Assembly (NCBI GenBank): GCA_016839445.1
Contig: JAEOUG010000074.1
Location: forward strand, 1-19,676
DNA from: Candidatus Thorarchaeota archaeon
GTDB lineage: Archaea > Asgardarchaeota > Thorarchaeia > Thorarchaeales > Thorarchaeaceae
DNA: 19,676 bases
Direction: 5' to 3'
The position numbers were made by a program, and so were the translations under genes. This document shows, in pieces, positions 1 through 9,400 of the stretch (its first letter is position 1; each line of letters begins with the position of its first letter). The notes beneath the pieces were generated by a model. It had not been told where the DNA came from. It was given only the letters and a program-made list of their open reading frames with translations, and ran no database searches.

Positions 1-76
1 CTTCTTCAAGGGGCCTACCCTGACGGTCCATCCAAGGTCCACTAGTTATGAAGGTATCCAATCGATTGCTGGTAAC

Positions 77-83
77 TTTAAGT
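77..83 (+). promoter_or_regulatory. Putative archaeal TATA box (TTTAAGT) for the LarA-like gene; possibly bidirectional
   Basis: AT-rich TTTAAGT 24-30 nt upstream of GTG 107, the usual archaeal TATA-to-start spacing for a leaderless or short-leader transcript. Confidence 0.45.
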
Positions 84-106
84 GCAGGCCTGATGACAAG
101 TGCCCA

Positions 107-1348
107 GTGAGTTCGCTGATGAGAATCGACCTACACTACGGGGAGGGGTTCCTGAATCTGAGTGTTGAAGGTCGGTCTGTTCAATTGCTCACTCCGCGGA
201 AATCAGAGGCTACGCTGGATATCTCCTCTGAGGTCCTTCTCGCACTTGAGGGCCTCCGAAGAAAGGATCAGAGCCGAGAAGGGCTCTCGAATGCCAAGTC
301 CATATCCATTGCCGTAGATCTCCAACAGGGTTTCGGCCAGACTGAGATGCTTGTTGAAGAGGTTCTCAAGTATTTCCAGTCCCTGTCAGCTTTGGAGCGA
401 GTCAGTCTTGTTTCTGGATTTATGCAAGAAAGCAGAACTCCCGAGAAGGACTGCAACTACGAAATCAAAACACTCGTAACGAAAGAAGACAGCAGACTCG
501 TCTTCGCCGGTGAAACGCCAACACACTCGACTCCCGTGTTCGTTGAGAGTGAGTATGTTGAATCAGACTATCGAATGAGTCTCGGAACGATTCACCCCCA
601 CGCCTTCTATGGAGCCACAGGAGGGCCTGTGTCCACTCTGCTCTCCGTCTGCGGCGAGAAGACCGTGGCCCGTAATAAGAAGATTGGGACAACGGGCCGG
701 TCTGTTCTCTTTGACCAGAGCTCATGCTCCCCCACAGATGCTCTCGAAGGATGCTCGCTCATAGGCGTAGACTGCATGCTGAACACGGTTGCGGACCATC
801 AGGGCAATCTTGACCTAGTCACGTCAGGGCGGATTGAGGAAGAGTGGAGCAAAGGAGTACACGTGAGTCACTCACTGGCAAGTGTGGGCCTTACTAATCG
901 CTCAGATATCGCAGTTGTCAGCGCCGGCGGCTATCCTCGAGACTCAACGCTGACGAGTTCGATTCAGAGCCTTCTGTCAGGATATCTGGCCACGGAACAC
1001 GGTGGTGTAGTACTCCTTGTTGCCGAGTGTCGCGATGGTGCCGGGCTGAAGGGCTTCGTGGACGGAGTTTCCAAGCACGAATCAGAAGAGGCGATGATTG
1101 CTGCCGCGGAGTCATCATTTCAGATGGGAATGGAGACTGCAAGGCTCTTCTGGAAGGTCATCCAGAGCAGGACTGTCATACTGTGTTCTAGGCTTAGAAG
1201 GTCGCTTGTCGAGGAACATCTGAGGTGCCATGCTGTCCGAGACCCTGAGGAGGGAGTTGAGTTGGCTAGGAAGATGATCACCTCAAAACCAAGAATTGCC
1301 TTGATTCCCTATGGGTCGGACACCATTCCGAGGCCTGGAGTCGAATGA
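107..1348 (+). CDS. Lactate racemase (LarA/DUF2088) family protein, apparently catalytically degenerate
   Basis: N-terminal 'IDLHYGEG', 'G.TP...TPVFV', 'IHPHAFYGATGG', and C-terminal 'DIAVVSAGGYPRD...GGVVLLVAECRDGAG' and 'IALIPYGS.T.P' match LarA family architecture at ~410 aa. Start is GTG 107 or ATG 119. Confidence 0.8.
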   Translation: MSSLMRIDLHYGEGFLNLSVEGRSVQLLTPRKSEATLDISSEVLLALEGLRRKDQSREGLSNAKSISIAVDLQQGFGQTEMLVEEVLKYFQSLSALERVSLVSGFMQESRTPEKDCNYEIKTLVTKEDSRLVFAGETPTHSTPVFVESEYVESDYRMSLGTIHPHAFYGATGGPVSTLLSVCGEKTVARNKKIGTTGRSVLFDQSSCSPTDALEGCSLIGVDCMLNTVADHQGNLDLVTSGRIEEEWSKGVHVSHSLASVGLTNRSDIAVVSAGGYPRDSTLTSSIQSLLSGYLATEHGGVVLLVAECRDGAGLKGFVDGVSKHESEEAMIAAAESSFQMGMETARLFWKVIQSRTVILCSRLRRSLVEEHLRCHAVRDPEEGVELARKMITSKPRIALIPYGSDTIPRPGVE

Positions 1349-1351
1349 CTC

Positions 1352-1735
1352 CTATTTCTTCGTCTTCTTCTTGGAGCTTGTCTTCGGGCTCTTTGGTGCA
1401 GCTTTCTTCTTTGGAGCCTTCTTCTTCGCGGGCTTCTCTTCACCGAAAAGTGCATCTACTGCATCCAGCGCACCCCGACTCTCTTGCGAAGTAAACTCCC
1501 CAAGCCCTCCAGACTTGGCGATCTGGATAGTGACTACAGCGTTATCGCCACGGGGCTGCATCTCCCAAGACATCTCGATTCCTGGTTGCTGCGACACGAA
1601 GTTGTCCAGCATCTCAAGCCACGCTTCCTTGACATCATCGATCTCCGTGTACAGAAACTCCATGAGAGGTACGGAGATCTCCACCCTGAGGATGCGGTCA
1701 TCGACTATGTAGTAGTTCTCTACATCCCACGGCAT
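1352..1735 (-). CDS. Hypothetical 127-aa protein: acidic globular N-terminus plus Lys/Ala/Pro-rich basic C-terminal tail
   Basis: ATG start; convergent with the LarA-like gene (stops 3 nt apart); own TATA-like box 32 nt upstream; tail KPAKKKAPKKKAAPKSPKTSSKKKTKK. Confidence 0.75.
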   Translation of the reverse strand: MPWDVENYYIVDDRILRVEISVPLMEFLYTEIDDVKEAWLEMLDNFVSQQPGIEMSWEMQPRGDNAVVTIQIAKSGGLGEFTSQESRGALDAVDALFGEEKPAKKKAPKKKAAPKSPKTSSKKKTKK

Positions 1736-1766
1736 GGCGTTTCACATGTCCCAGTGGCTTCACGCT

Positions 1767-1775
1767 CTTGATAAG
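1767..1775 (-). promoter_or_regulatory. TATA-like element CTTATCAAG with purine-rich BRE-like flank
   Basis: Minus strand reads ...GCAAAGAAGA-CTTATCAAG, 32 nt upstream of ATG 1735. The identical 9-mer occurs at the same spacing before the nitrilase gene. Confidence 0.5.
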
Positions 1776-1801
1776 TCTTCTTTGCTCATAGAGAGATGAA
1801 G

Positions 1802-4800
1802 CTAGTCGTCCTTCTCTTCTTCGGACAGAAGACTCTCAACGTCCTTGACGAACTTCTCCAAGTCGTCCTCGGGCTCAGCCTCTTCCTTGGGTTCTTCCTC
1901 CAAGAGTCCCTCGACATCTTCGACGAAGGCCTCAAGGGAATCAGGTGCAGGTTCCTCCGCAGTCTTCTCTTCTTCCTGGGGTGCATCCTCGGTGGATTCC
2001 GCAGGTTCCTCTTTCTCTATAGCTCTCTGCAGCTCGACGCCCGCTACCGGCTCAACATCCTCTCCGTTTGCCAGTCCCATTCCTTGTCGCTGAAGGATTG
2101 TCTGGACTCCCACGGGAACAATGGCTCCGCGTTCCTGCAGGCTCAGTAGTCTGTCCAGGGTTGCCGCGTCACTCAGGCCCAGTACTTCTGAAAGCGGCTT
2201 GATGAGGTTCTTGAGATAGAACTCCGAACGCTCATCGCGGACCGCAGCTATGTAGTCTAGAATCTTGGCGTCAGCCTTGGATACCTTCTGGGTTGGGCCG
2301 AATCTGTGCGGAAGGTGCCAAGTGTAGTTGAAGGCGGAGTGGAGTGTTGACACTACCCACTCTGGGTCAAAGCAGTCGATGATTCCGTTCCATTTCTCCA
2401 AATCCTGCTCGTACTGGTTCTCGAAGAGCTCGACAAAGAACTGCAGCCTCTCTCTGAGGAGAGAGGTCATCTCGCCCTCAAGGATGAGGATGCCAATGAT
2501 GTACTGCCCGCTGTAGCTGTTCAGTCTAAGACCGTGGTATTGAATCTCCTCCAGGGTACCTCTGACGCCATCACCCTTTATCTCGCCATAGACACTGGTG
2601 ATTGCCGATATGAACCCGCTGATGAGATCCGGTTCAATTCGCTCATCCTTGAATGGATGGTAGAACACGCAGGTGCCTCGGTCCAAATAGACTGCCATGA
2701 AGTGCTGGATGGTCTGCAGGTCCTTGAACTTCTGTAGCTGGCTCTCCAGACCCCTCTTTGCAGCCTTCTTTCTTGGCTTGACTGTCTTGTTGTATCCGGC
2801 TGCTACGACGGCAAGAAGGAATATCGAACCAATCATCATCAGTCCGACGTCGCTTGTGAAGAATGCGATAAGGAGGGATAGGATGTTGACCTGCACCTCA
2901 GTGCTCGTGGATGCATACGCTGGCCACCTCGTTCTGTGACCCTCATAGAGCGCCTCAACGTTGAGTCTCTCAACTTGGCCTTCAGGGACATTTATGCCGA
3001 TCGTGGCAAAGCCCTGGCTGTTGGTGGTGTCTGACATCGAGCCCTCGATGATCTGAACGATGGTGCCGTTGGCGAACCGGACTGACACATTGAAGAGTAT
3101 CTCGGCTCCAACGATTGGCAGCCCAGTCTGGTTCGAAGTGAGTGTCGCTCGAATCTCAATTAGCTGTCCCGCGACAAGGTTTCCTCCGAAGGTGATGACC
3201 AGGTCAAGTCGATCCTTGGGAAGTACTGTAAGTTCGCCTGAATCCTCGGCGAAAGCTGCGAAATCTGCATATCCAGAGCAGTAGATACTGTACATATCAG
3301 GTGGCAGATCGAGCACTATCTCGACAATGTAGACTCCTGAGGAATATGTCAGGTTGTAGGTTGTTCCATTGACTGTAACTGTCACATTGGCGTCGATGAT
3401 AGGAGTCCCCCATACAGAGTCCAGGTACTCGGCTGTGATTGTGAGATTCCACTGCTCGTATTCTGTTGCAGAGTTGTAGACATCGATGGTTGTAGTTGCC
3501 AAGACGGTAAGTTCGAGAACCAGGGTGTCTGAGGTGTAATTGAGGCCCGAAATGGTTACTTGGACCGGAAACAGTCCCGGATTCGTATCCGGAGAAATCG
3601 TATAGCTGTACTCTCCATTGCCTATGAATGTCATGTTGTGGGGAGTGCCGTATATCGTCACAGTGATAGTAGCGCTGTCAACTGGATTCCCAAGAGAATC
3701 CAGCATGGTAACAGCGAGAGGCTCTGGAGTTGCATAGTTCGTCACTTCAGAGCCGCCTACCCACGATGGTGTTAGAGTCACGACATCGGGATAGACCATC
3801 CAGTAGGTTGAGCTCCATTTGGTTTCGTATCCCGTAGCGCTCGCAACGATGGTTACGTTCCAGTAGCCTATTCCGTAGTCTTCCCACGTCACTGTCGTCT
3901 GCCACATCTGGAGTAGTGGGTTGAAGGTGAGATTGGGCGCCGGAGTCCCATTGATTTCCATGCTCACCGTCGCGCCCGGTACTGGTGCACCATCATAATA
4001 GTAGGTGACGTTGAATTGAATCGAGTCGATGTAGGTGAGGTTGCTCCTCGAGGCGATTTCCTCAGGAAGGAAGAAGAGACCTGCTACCTGCTGCTCAATC
4101 GTGATCTGAAGGGTGTCATCTATCTGCGCTCCATAGCCCTCTCTCCACGCGCTCACATTCAAGGAGAATGTTCCTAGAGATCCGAAATCACTACCAGTGA
4201 ACTCAATCCAGTAGAACTCCCCAGTCGAATTCCAGGTCAGAGAATAGGTAGAACCTTGATAGGTCACTTCCACCGTCGCGTCAGATATGGGCATTCCCCC
4301 GGCCGTCTGATACTCGATGTGGAGACGGGTGGTGTTTAGGTATGATATGGTGTTGCTGTTGGACCAGCTTACTATCAATGGCTGTGTTTCATATGTTAGA
4401 TATACGGTGATGTTCAGAAACCTGCTCTCGAGCGCATTGCCCTCGGCATAGATGTAGAGATTGAACGTCCCGTTCGTGAAGGCGGCTGTGGAGATTGTGG
4501 CTCCCCATGATCCACCAGATTGGTCGTTAAGAGAAGCGTTGACCGTGGCGCCGAAGGTGTATGTTACTGATGCACCAAGTGATGAGTCCAACCCTGTAGC
4601 GGGGTACAGACGTTCGAAATCCACGCTGAAGTCGAAAGAGTCCTCGGCATGAGCCGAAACTTGAGAGGTGCTTGGTGTGAGCGTAGTCGAGTAGTATACG
4701 AAGAGGTCGACAACAAGATATCCCGCCTCCACACCATTTGTCCAATAGACCTCAAGTGAGTGAGTGCCGTTCCCAGTGGTTGACGCGCTGATATCCCAGA

Positions 4801-6310
4801 AGAAGGATGCAAGCCCACTGGATGCTGGAATCTCCGCAGGCGTGTAGACACTGCCTCCGGTCTTGAGAACAGTAAGGTTCGTGGATCCCCCGGTCATCGG
4901 ATTGCTTAGGCCGTCTTCCACGCTTACATCGACATCTAAGTCAACCGTATTTGCGACCCGTTCCGCAACAGGAAGGCCGCTTGATGAATCCGTTACCTCT
5001 ATGAGTGTGACATAGTTTGGCGCGTCTAGGCTGAGTGTCCATGTTTCATCGTCCATGCTTGCGCAGGTCACGACGTCTCCTGACCGTGAATAGTGGTTGT
5101 AGCTGTTTCCGGGATGGGTGGTATTGTAGAGACCAGTTGCAGTCCAATCTGATTGTACGGTCACATTCAGGGACCTACTGTCCAGGTCTGGTACGACAGG
5201 GTAATCCACAGTCGCGGTGACATTCCACTCCACCAAGCTTCCTGATGTGGGCACTTCCCATTGAGTAGTGGATGGCACAGACTTGGTGTACGTGAGCTTC
5301 AATTCATACTGGATGTCGACTGCAGTAGATGATGAGAACTCTATCAGGGTGATGTTGCTGGAGTCAGAGAAGACCCATGAGTCTTCGCTCAGCGCAGATG
5401 CATTTCCTTGGAGCCCGACATCCTCCGCTGCGGCGTAGGTCAGAGGGGACCCCGAAGTCTTGTTCCATGGAGTGTATGTATAATTCAAATCTGCTTCTCT
5501 AGGATTGATGGGTTGATACTCATACCAGTCATCTTCGTAGAAGTGATATCCCGTTTCGGAGCCAACGGTGTTCTGGGCCTTCCAGAATATCTCGTTGAAG
5601 TACCATGAGGGATCTGCATAGTACGGACGCATGGCAGTACCATCTATCACAGCATAGTAAGTAGTGCTTGCGTTGAGTATTGCATTGTCTGAAGAGCAGT
5701 CATGTGTGGCAACTCTGTCCATCAGCGAATAGACGAAGGGAGAAACCCAGCCAGTCACGTTCTGGGTGGAACCCGGGTCGTCCCGCACCACAAGATATGC
5801 ATAGCCCATGAATGCCGTGTCGTACTGAGGGGCGAAGTAGGTTATGCTGTAGTTCTCAAGCTTGCCGTCAAAGGGGAGTCCATAGAACGACTGGTACAGC
5901 CCGTCTGTGACGATGCCGCTGTTGTTGCGAATTTCAATGTTCGTATTCTTCATTACGCTCAAAGAGGCCCTTTCGGGAGCGGCAATCATGCTGCTGGCTT
6001 CTAACACAACCTGAGTCAGAGTCCAACCTGGCACTAGATGCGCTGATAGATCGAGCAAATACGAGTTGGTGAGGTCTTCGTAGGTGTTGTGTATTCCCAT
6101 TTGTTGGCCGCTAATCGACCTGGTCATAATGGCCCTGGCGCTCGCGGGAGTCCCTGACCCGCCGGCAGAGGAGAGTAGACGGCCTCCCATCTCTCTAGGT
6201 GCAACTGGAGCCACCAATATGCCCGGGGCCACCTCAGAAGGTCCTGTAGCCAGAGCCGGACTCAGGAGTATGACTGTAATGATTAGAGAGAATGCCAGCG
6301 CTCTTCTCAT
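1802..6310 (-). CDS. Type I membrane surface protein (~1502 aa): signal peptide, head domain, ~7 Ig-like domains, TM, cytoplasmic longin-like domain, winged helix, acidic tail
   Basis: ATG 6310 (MRRALAFSLIITVILLSPALA, a signal peptide) is preceded by GAGGCGAGG and is preferred to TTG 6370. The ectodomain is beta-rich with many N-x-S/T sequons. Hydrophobic segment 2792-2887 is followed by KPRKKAAKR. Longin-like region ~2324-2713 contains DLISGFISAI; wHTH-like region ~2111-2281; E/D/P-rich tail. Confidence 0.85.
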   Translation of the reverse strand: MRRALAFSLIITVILLSPALATGPSEVAPGILVAPVAPREMGGRLLSSAGGSGTPASARAIMTRSISGQQMGIHNTYEDLTNSYLLDLSAHLVPGWTLTQVVLEASSMIAAPERASLSVMKNTNIEIRNNSGIVTDGLYQSFYGLPFDGKLENYSITYFAPQYDTAFMGYAYLVVRDDPGSTQNVTGWVSPFVYSLMDRVATHDCSSDNAILNASTTYYAVIDGTAMRPYYADPSWYFNEIFWKAQNTVGSETGYHFYEDDWYEYQPINPREADLNYTYTPWNKTSGSPLTYAAAEDVGLQGNASALSEDSWVFSDSSNITLIEFSSSTAVDIQYELKLTYTKSVPSTTQWEVPTSGSLVEWNVTATVDYPVVPDLDSRSLNVTVQSDWTATGLYNTTHPGNSYNHYSRSGDVVTCASMDDETWTLSLDAPNYVTLIEVTDSSSGLPVAERVANTVDLDVDVSVEDGLSNPMTGGSTNLTVLKTGGSVYTPAEIPASSGLASFFWDISASTTGNGTHSLEVYWTNGVEAGYLVVDLFVYYSTTLTPSTSQVSAHAEDSFDFSVDFERLYPATGLDSSLGASVTYTFGATVNASLNDQSGGSWGATISTAAFTNGTFNLYIYAEGNALESRFLNITVYLTYETQPLIVSWSNSNTISYLNTTRLHIEYQTAGGMPISDATVEVTYQGSTYSLTWNSTGEFYWIEFTGSDFGSLGTFSLNVSAWREGYGAQIDDTLQITIEQQVAGLFFLPEEIASRSNLTYIDSIQFNVTYYYDGAPVPGATVSMEINGTPAPNLTFNPLLQMWQTTVTWEDYGIGYWNVTIVASATGYETKWSSTYWMVYPDVVTLTPSWVGGSEVTNYATPEPLAVTMLDSLGNPVDSATITVTIYGTPHNMTFIGNGEYSYTISPDTNPGLFPVQVTISGLNYTSDTLVLELTVLATTTIDVYNSATEYEQWNLTITAEYLDSVWGTPIIDANVTVTVNGTTYNLTYSSGVYIVEIVLDLPPDMYSIYCSGYADFAAFAEDSGELTVLPKDRLDLVITFGGNLVAGQLIEIRATLTSNQTGLPIVGAEILFNVSVRFANGTIVQIIEGSMSDTTNSQGFATIGINVPEGQVERLNVEALYEGHRTRWPAYASTSTEVQVNILSLLIAFFTSDVGLMMIGSIFLLAVVAAGYNKTVKPRKKAAKRGLESQLQKFKDLQTIQHFMAVYLDRGTCVFYHPFKDERIEPDLISGFISAITSVYGEIKGDGVRGTLEEIQYHGLRLNSYSGQYIIGILILEGEMTSLLRERLQFFVELFENQYEQDLEKWNGIIDCFDPEWVVSTLHSAFNYTWHLPHRFGPTQKVSKADAKILDYIAAVRDERSEFYLKNLIKPLSEVLGLSDAATLDRLLSLQERGAIVPVGVQTILQRQGMGLANGEDVEPVAGVELQRAIEKEEPAESTEDAPQEEEKTAEEPAPDSLEAFVEDVEGLLEEEPKEEAEPEDDLEKFVKDVESLLSEEEKDD
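1817..1942 (-). repeat. Duplicated 17-aa acidic amphipathic motif in the C-terminal tail
   Basis: DSLEAFVEDVEGLLEEE (1892-1942) and DDLEKFVKDVESLLSEE (1817-1867); 12/17 identical, 25-aa period. Confidence 0.75.
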
Positions 6311-6446
6311 TCTTGTGCCTCGCCTCGACTTGTCTCGAATCCCAGGCCAAGTGACGTGCACTAAGACCAATACGTTAGATGCTATTACATGTTCATGGGA
6401 TGGACCGTGTGCGGTCGATGGCCTAGGTCCAGAGTAGCTCTGAGGC

Positions 6447-6460
6447 TGATTATATAATCA
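6447..6460. promoter_or_regulatory. Perfect 14-bp palindrome TGATTATATAATCA containing a TATA box; candidate promoter/operator of the 1502-aa gene
   Basis: The sequence equals its own reverse complement. It lies in the 169-nt gap between the two paralogs and is the strongest TATA-like word (TTATATA) I saw in the window. Confidence 0.55.
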
Positions 6461-6479
6461 TATCCTGAATGGAGGTCTT

Positions 6480-9400
6480 CTATTCTTCGAATCGTCGGCG
6501 TATCAGTCTCTGTTTTCCATCTCGCCACTCGAAGAAGTCGGAGTCTGATGCGAGAAGATCTCGGACAATGTTACCAACCTTTGTAGATGAGAGCCCAGTG
6601 GCTTCTGAGATCTCCTTGCGGGACAGTCCTTCAGGTTTCGATCCTATCAGGTTTCTGACAAGTCGGGCATCTGATGGGGTTGCAGCAGGAGGTTCTTCAG
6701 CGGAGCTAGGTGGTTCTGCTTCGGTCGTGCCATCGCCACCTCTACGTCTCCGGAGGGCCAGCACTGCAGCAACTCCAGTTCCTCCCGTGGCAGCCAGAAC
6801 GATCGGGTTGCTCAGAAGCATCATGAGGATATTACCACCCGGAGTGCGAACATCAAACTCAATCTCTTGGCTCTCAGCGGCCCAGGCGGATATAGACCCG
6901 AGATACTCAGCTATCACCGCCCCCTGAAGGGCATCTGCAGGTATCTGAAACACTGCATGGCTGTTCCCGTTGCTGTCTGTCAGGGCAGAGATGATGAAAG
7001 TCTGGGGTCCTCCAAATTGGCTGTTTGTTACAAGCACGACACGAATCGACACTCCGCTCACCGGAGAGCCGTCCTCTGTCACTGTGAAGTAGGCAGTCAA
7101 GTCGCCTCCTGCTACGATGTCCTCACCAATCGACAATGCAATCTCATACGTCGACTTCTCCAAGATTTCAAGCGGGATATCAATCGAGCGAACTCCGTAT
7201 CCGTCGGCTGAGATGTCTATCGATATTCCATGAGACCCGGTAGAGAAGGAGGAGTTGAGCCACACCTCGACTTGGTATCTTTCAAGATAGTCGTCATAGG
7301 CAAGCACGAACTCGCCACCGCCAAGAGCAGCCACCACGTTCGCGCCCAATACTGGCTGACCAGAGATTGAGTCGTGGACCTGCACCCAGATTGTCAGCGT
7401 TTCATTCTCGTACTGCGTCAGGCTTGATTCGTAGATTGCGCTGAGTGGTCTGATGACAATGACTATGGATACCGTAGCAGAAGCATTCTCGTAGCCATAT
7501 CTACTCAATGTGACGTTTAGGCTGTATGTGCCTAAGTCAAGGCCTAGAGTTTCGAAATCGATCTGGTATGTTCCGTTCTCAGGATCCAGAATGCTAAATC
7601 CTCCAAGCCATTCCACACCGACTGTGGCACCCTCAATTGGATCCCCTCCAATCTCACTCTGGAAGGTGACGAAAACGGAGGCTGATTCGTTGATTCTAAC
7701 CTGAACGGGACTTCCGTGCACTAGGACCGAAGTTGGCACTTCGATGATAGTGATGATGAAGTCTGAGGAGTTCGAGGCAAACCCGTAGGCTGACGTATTC
7801 ACCGTGCACAAGAATAGGCCGAGGCCGAGATCCGAGCCAACGATGGAGAACTCCCAATGGTCTGTCATCCATAGTACACTCAGAGTGCTGCCATTCACTG
7901 TTACTGCCACAGATCCCCCAATCACCGAGCCGTTGAGCATCTCATAGTACACGCTAGCGGACGCCCCTTCCGTGTAGTAGATTGTCTGATTCGACCAAGC
8001 AACCGACATCATTGAAGATGCCTCGGTGATGTCAAGTGTCAGATACTCATGGTCAGTATTGAACCAGAAGCCATGGTAGGTGATGTTCACTGTGTGAAGT
8101 CCGACGTCTATTAGTGGACCCAAGATAACCTCGTAGAGGCCATTGGAGAGATGGGTGGCACTTCTCAGAACACCGTTGACAGTGACCTCGACTGCTGCGT
8201 CAGTCACAAACGTACCATCTGATGCTCTCAGTTGAATCTGGAGGGTGATTGGCGTGATATAGTCTGTCGTGTTAGAGACCCAGCTCGGCGTGACAACTAA
8301 TGTGTCATGCTGGATGGTTATCATGTCAATCTTGATGCCGTCAGCATAGCCTGTCTTGTTTGCGGTCAGAGTCATGTTCCAGACGCCAAGACCAAGACTG
8401 GATGCCTCGATGGAGAGATGCCACATCTCATCAAGAGGGTCATACGTTAGAGTGCGGACATCCGTTCCGTTGATGGTCAGGAGCACCGTTGCCTCAAGGA
8501 TTGGCAGGAAGTCCTGCGTGTACACCACGCTCACGTTGATAGTGTCAACATAGGAGGGATGAAGATCAATCGGGTCCCACAGTACGATGAATGAGTTTGC
8601 AGCCTGCGTGACGTTCAGGTTCACTGTTGATGTAGACTGCGGAACGTACCCATATGCTGAGGCGAGGAAACTGGCCGTGTGCAGGCCTAATCCAATCTGC
8701 TCTCCATCGATGGTTGCTGTCCAGAGTCCGGCCACAAATGAGAGCGCGAAGGTCTGACCGGATATCGTGACATTGACCTCGGCAGGTTCAGGAACATCGC
8801 CGCCGTAGTATGTGTAGTCAAGCGTTACAACAAACGAATCGAAGTACTCAATTGTCAGGTTGGCTGGCTCCCATGTCACAACTAGCGGATTAGTGGTCAC
8901 CAGGTCCACAGTGAGTTGAGCAGTGTCCTCTTTGTAGGCGTAGCCATAGGCTTGAGCCCTGATTATCACATTGTGCGTGCCCAGGTCGAGGTCTATTCCT
9001 GTCAGGTTGAAGACCCATAGGTTGCCCAACTGCGTGAGAGGAACGGGTGCACCCCCGTCAACGCTGATGTTGGCTGTGACCGCACCTAACGGGACCGGTC
9101 CTCCAGTGGGAACACAGTAGTACGATGCCTCCAGGTCTATCTGTCCCAGATAGTTGATGGACGTAGAGCTCCAATCTAGGATAAGAGTGGTTTCAGCCTC
9201 GACAATCGTGAAAGAGATGCCGTCCGCGTATGCAAAGGTGTAGCCGAACTTGCTGATGTTGACTGCTACTGAGTGCGCACCAAGGTCGAATGAGTTTGTA
9301 AGAGTGATCCAGTAGGTGCCGTTTGTACCTGAGAGCACATAGGGAATCCCGTTAATGAAGACTTCTCGTTGCGTGGCGTCGGGGATGAGTGAACCCTGGG

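Noticed and set aside
1-42. Possible 5' end of a minus-strand gene (MDRQGRPLEE from ATG 31, or MDLGWTVRVGPLKK from GTG 42)
   Set aside because: Too little sequence to choose a frame or assign a product; plausible but unsupported.
1311-2149. Plus-strand Phe/Leu-rich ORFs (1311-1712, 1796-2149) that look like membrane proteins
   Set aside because: They are antisense shadows of Lys- and Glu-rich codons in the real minus-strand genes.
6311-6370. ORF-track N-terminal extension of the 1522-aa ORF from TTG 6370
   Set aside because: ATG 6310 has an RBS-like GAGG and gives an MRR + hydrophobic signal peptide matching the paralog's start.
6741-6842. TM + RRRR as an archaeosortase (PGF-CTERM) or sortase signal
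   Set aside because: No PGF or LPxTG motif, and ~85 residues including a folded domain follow the basic cluster.
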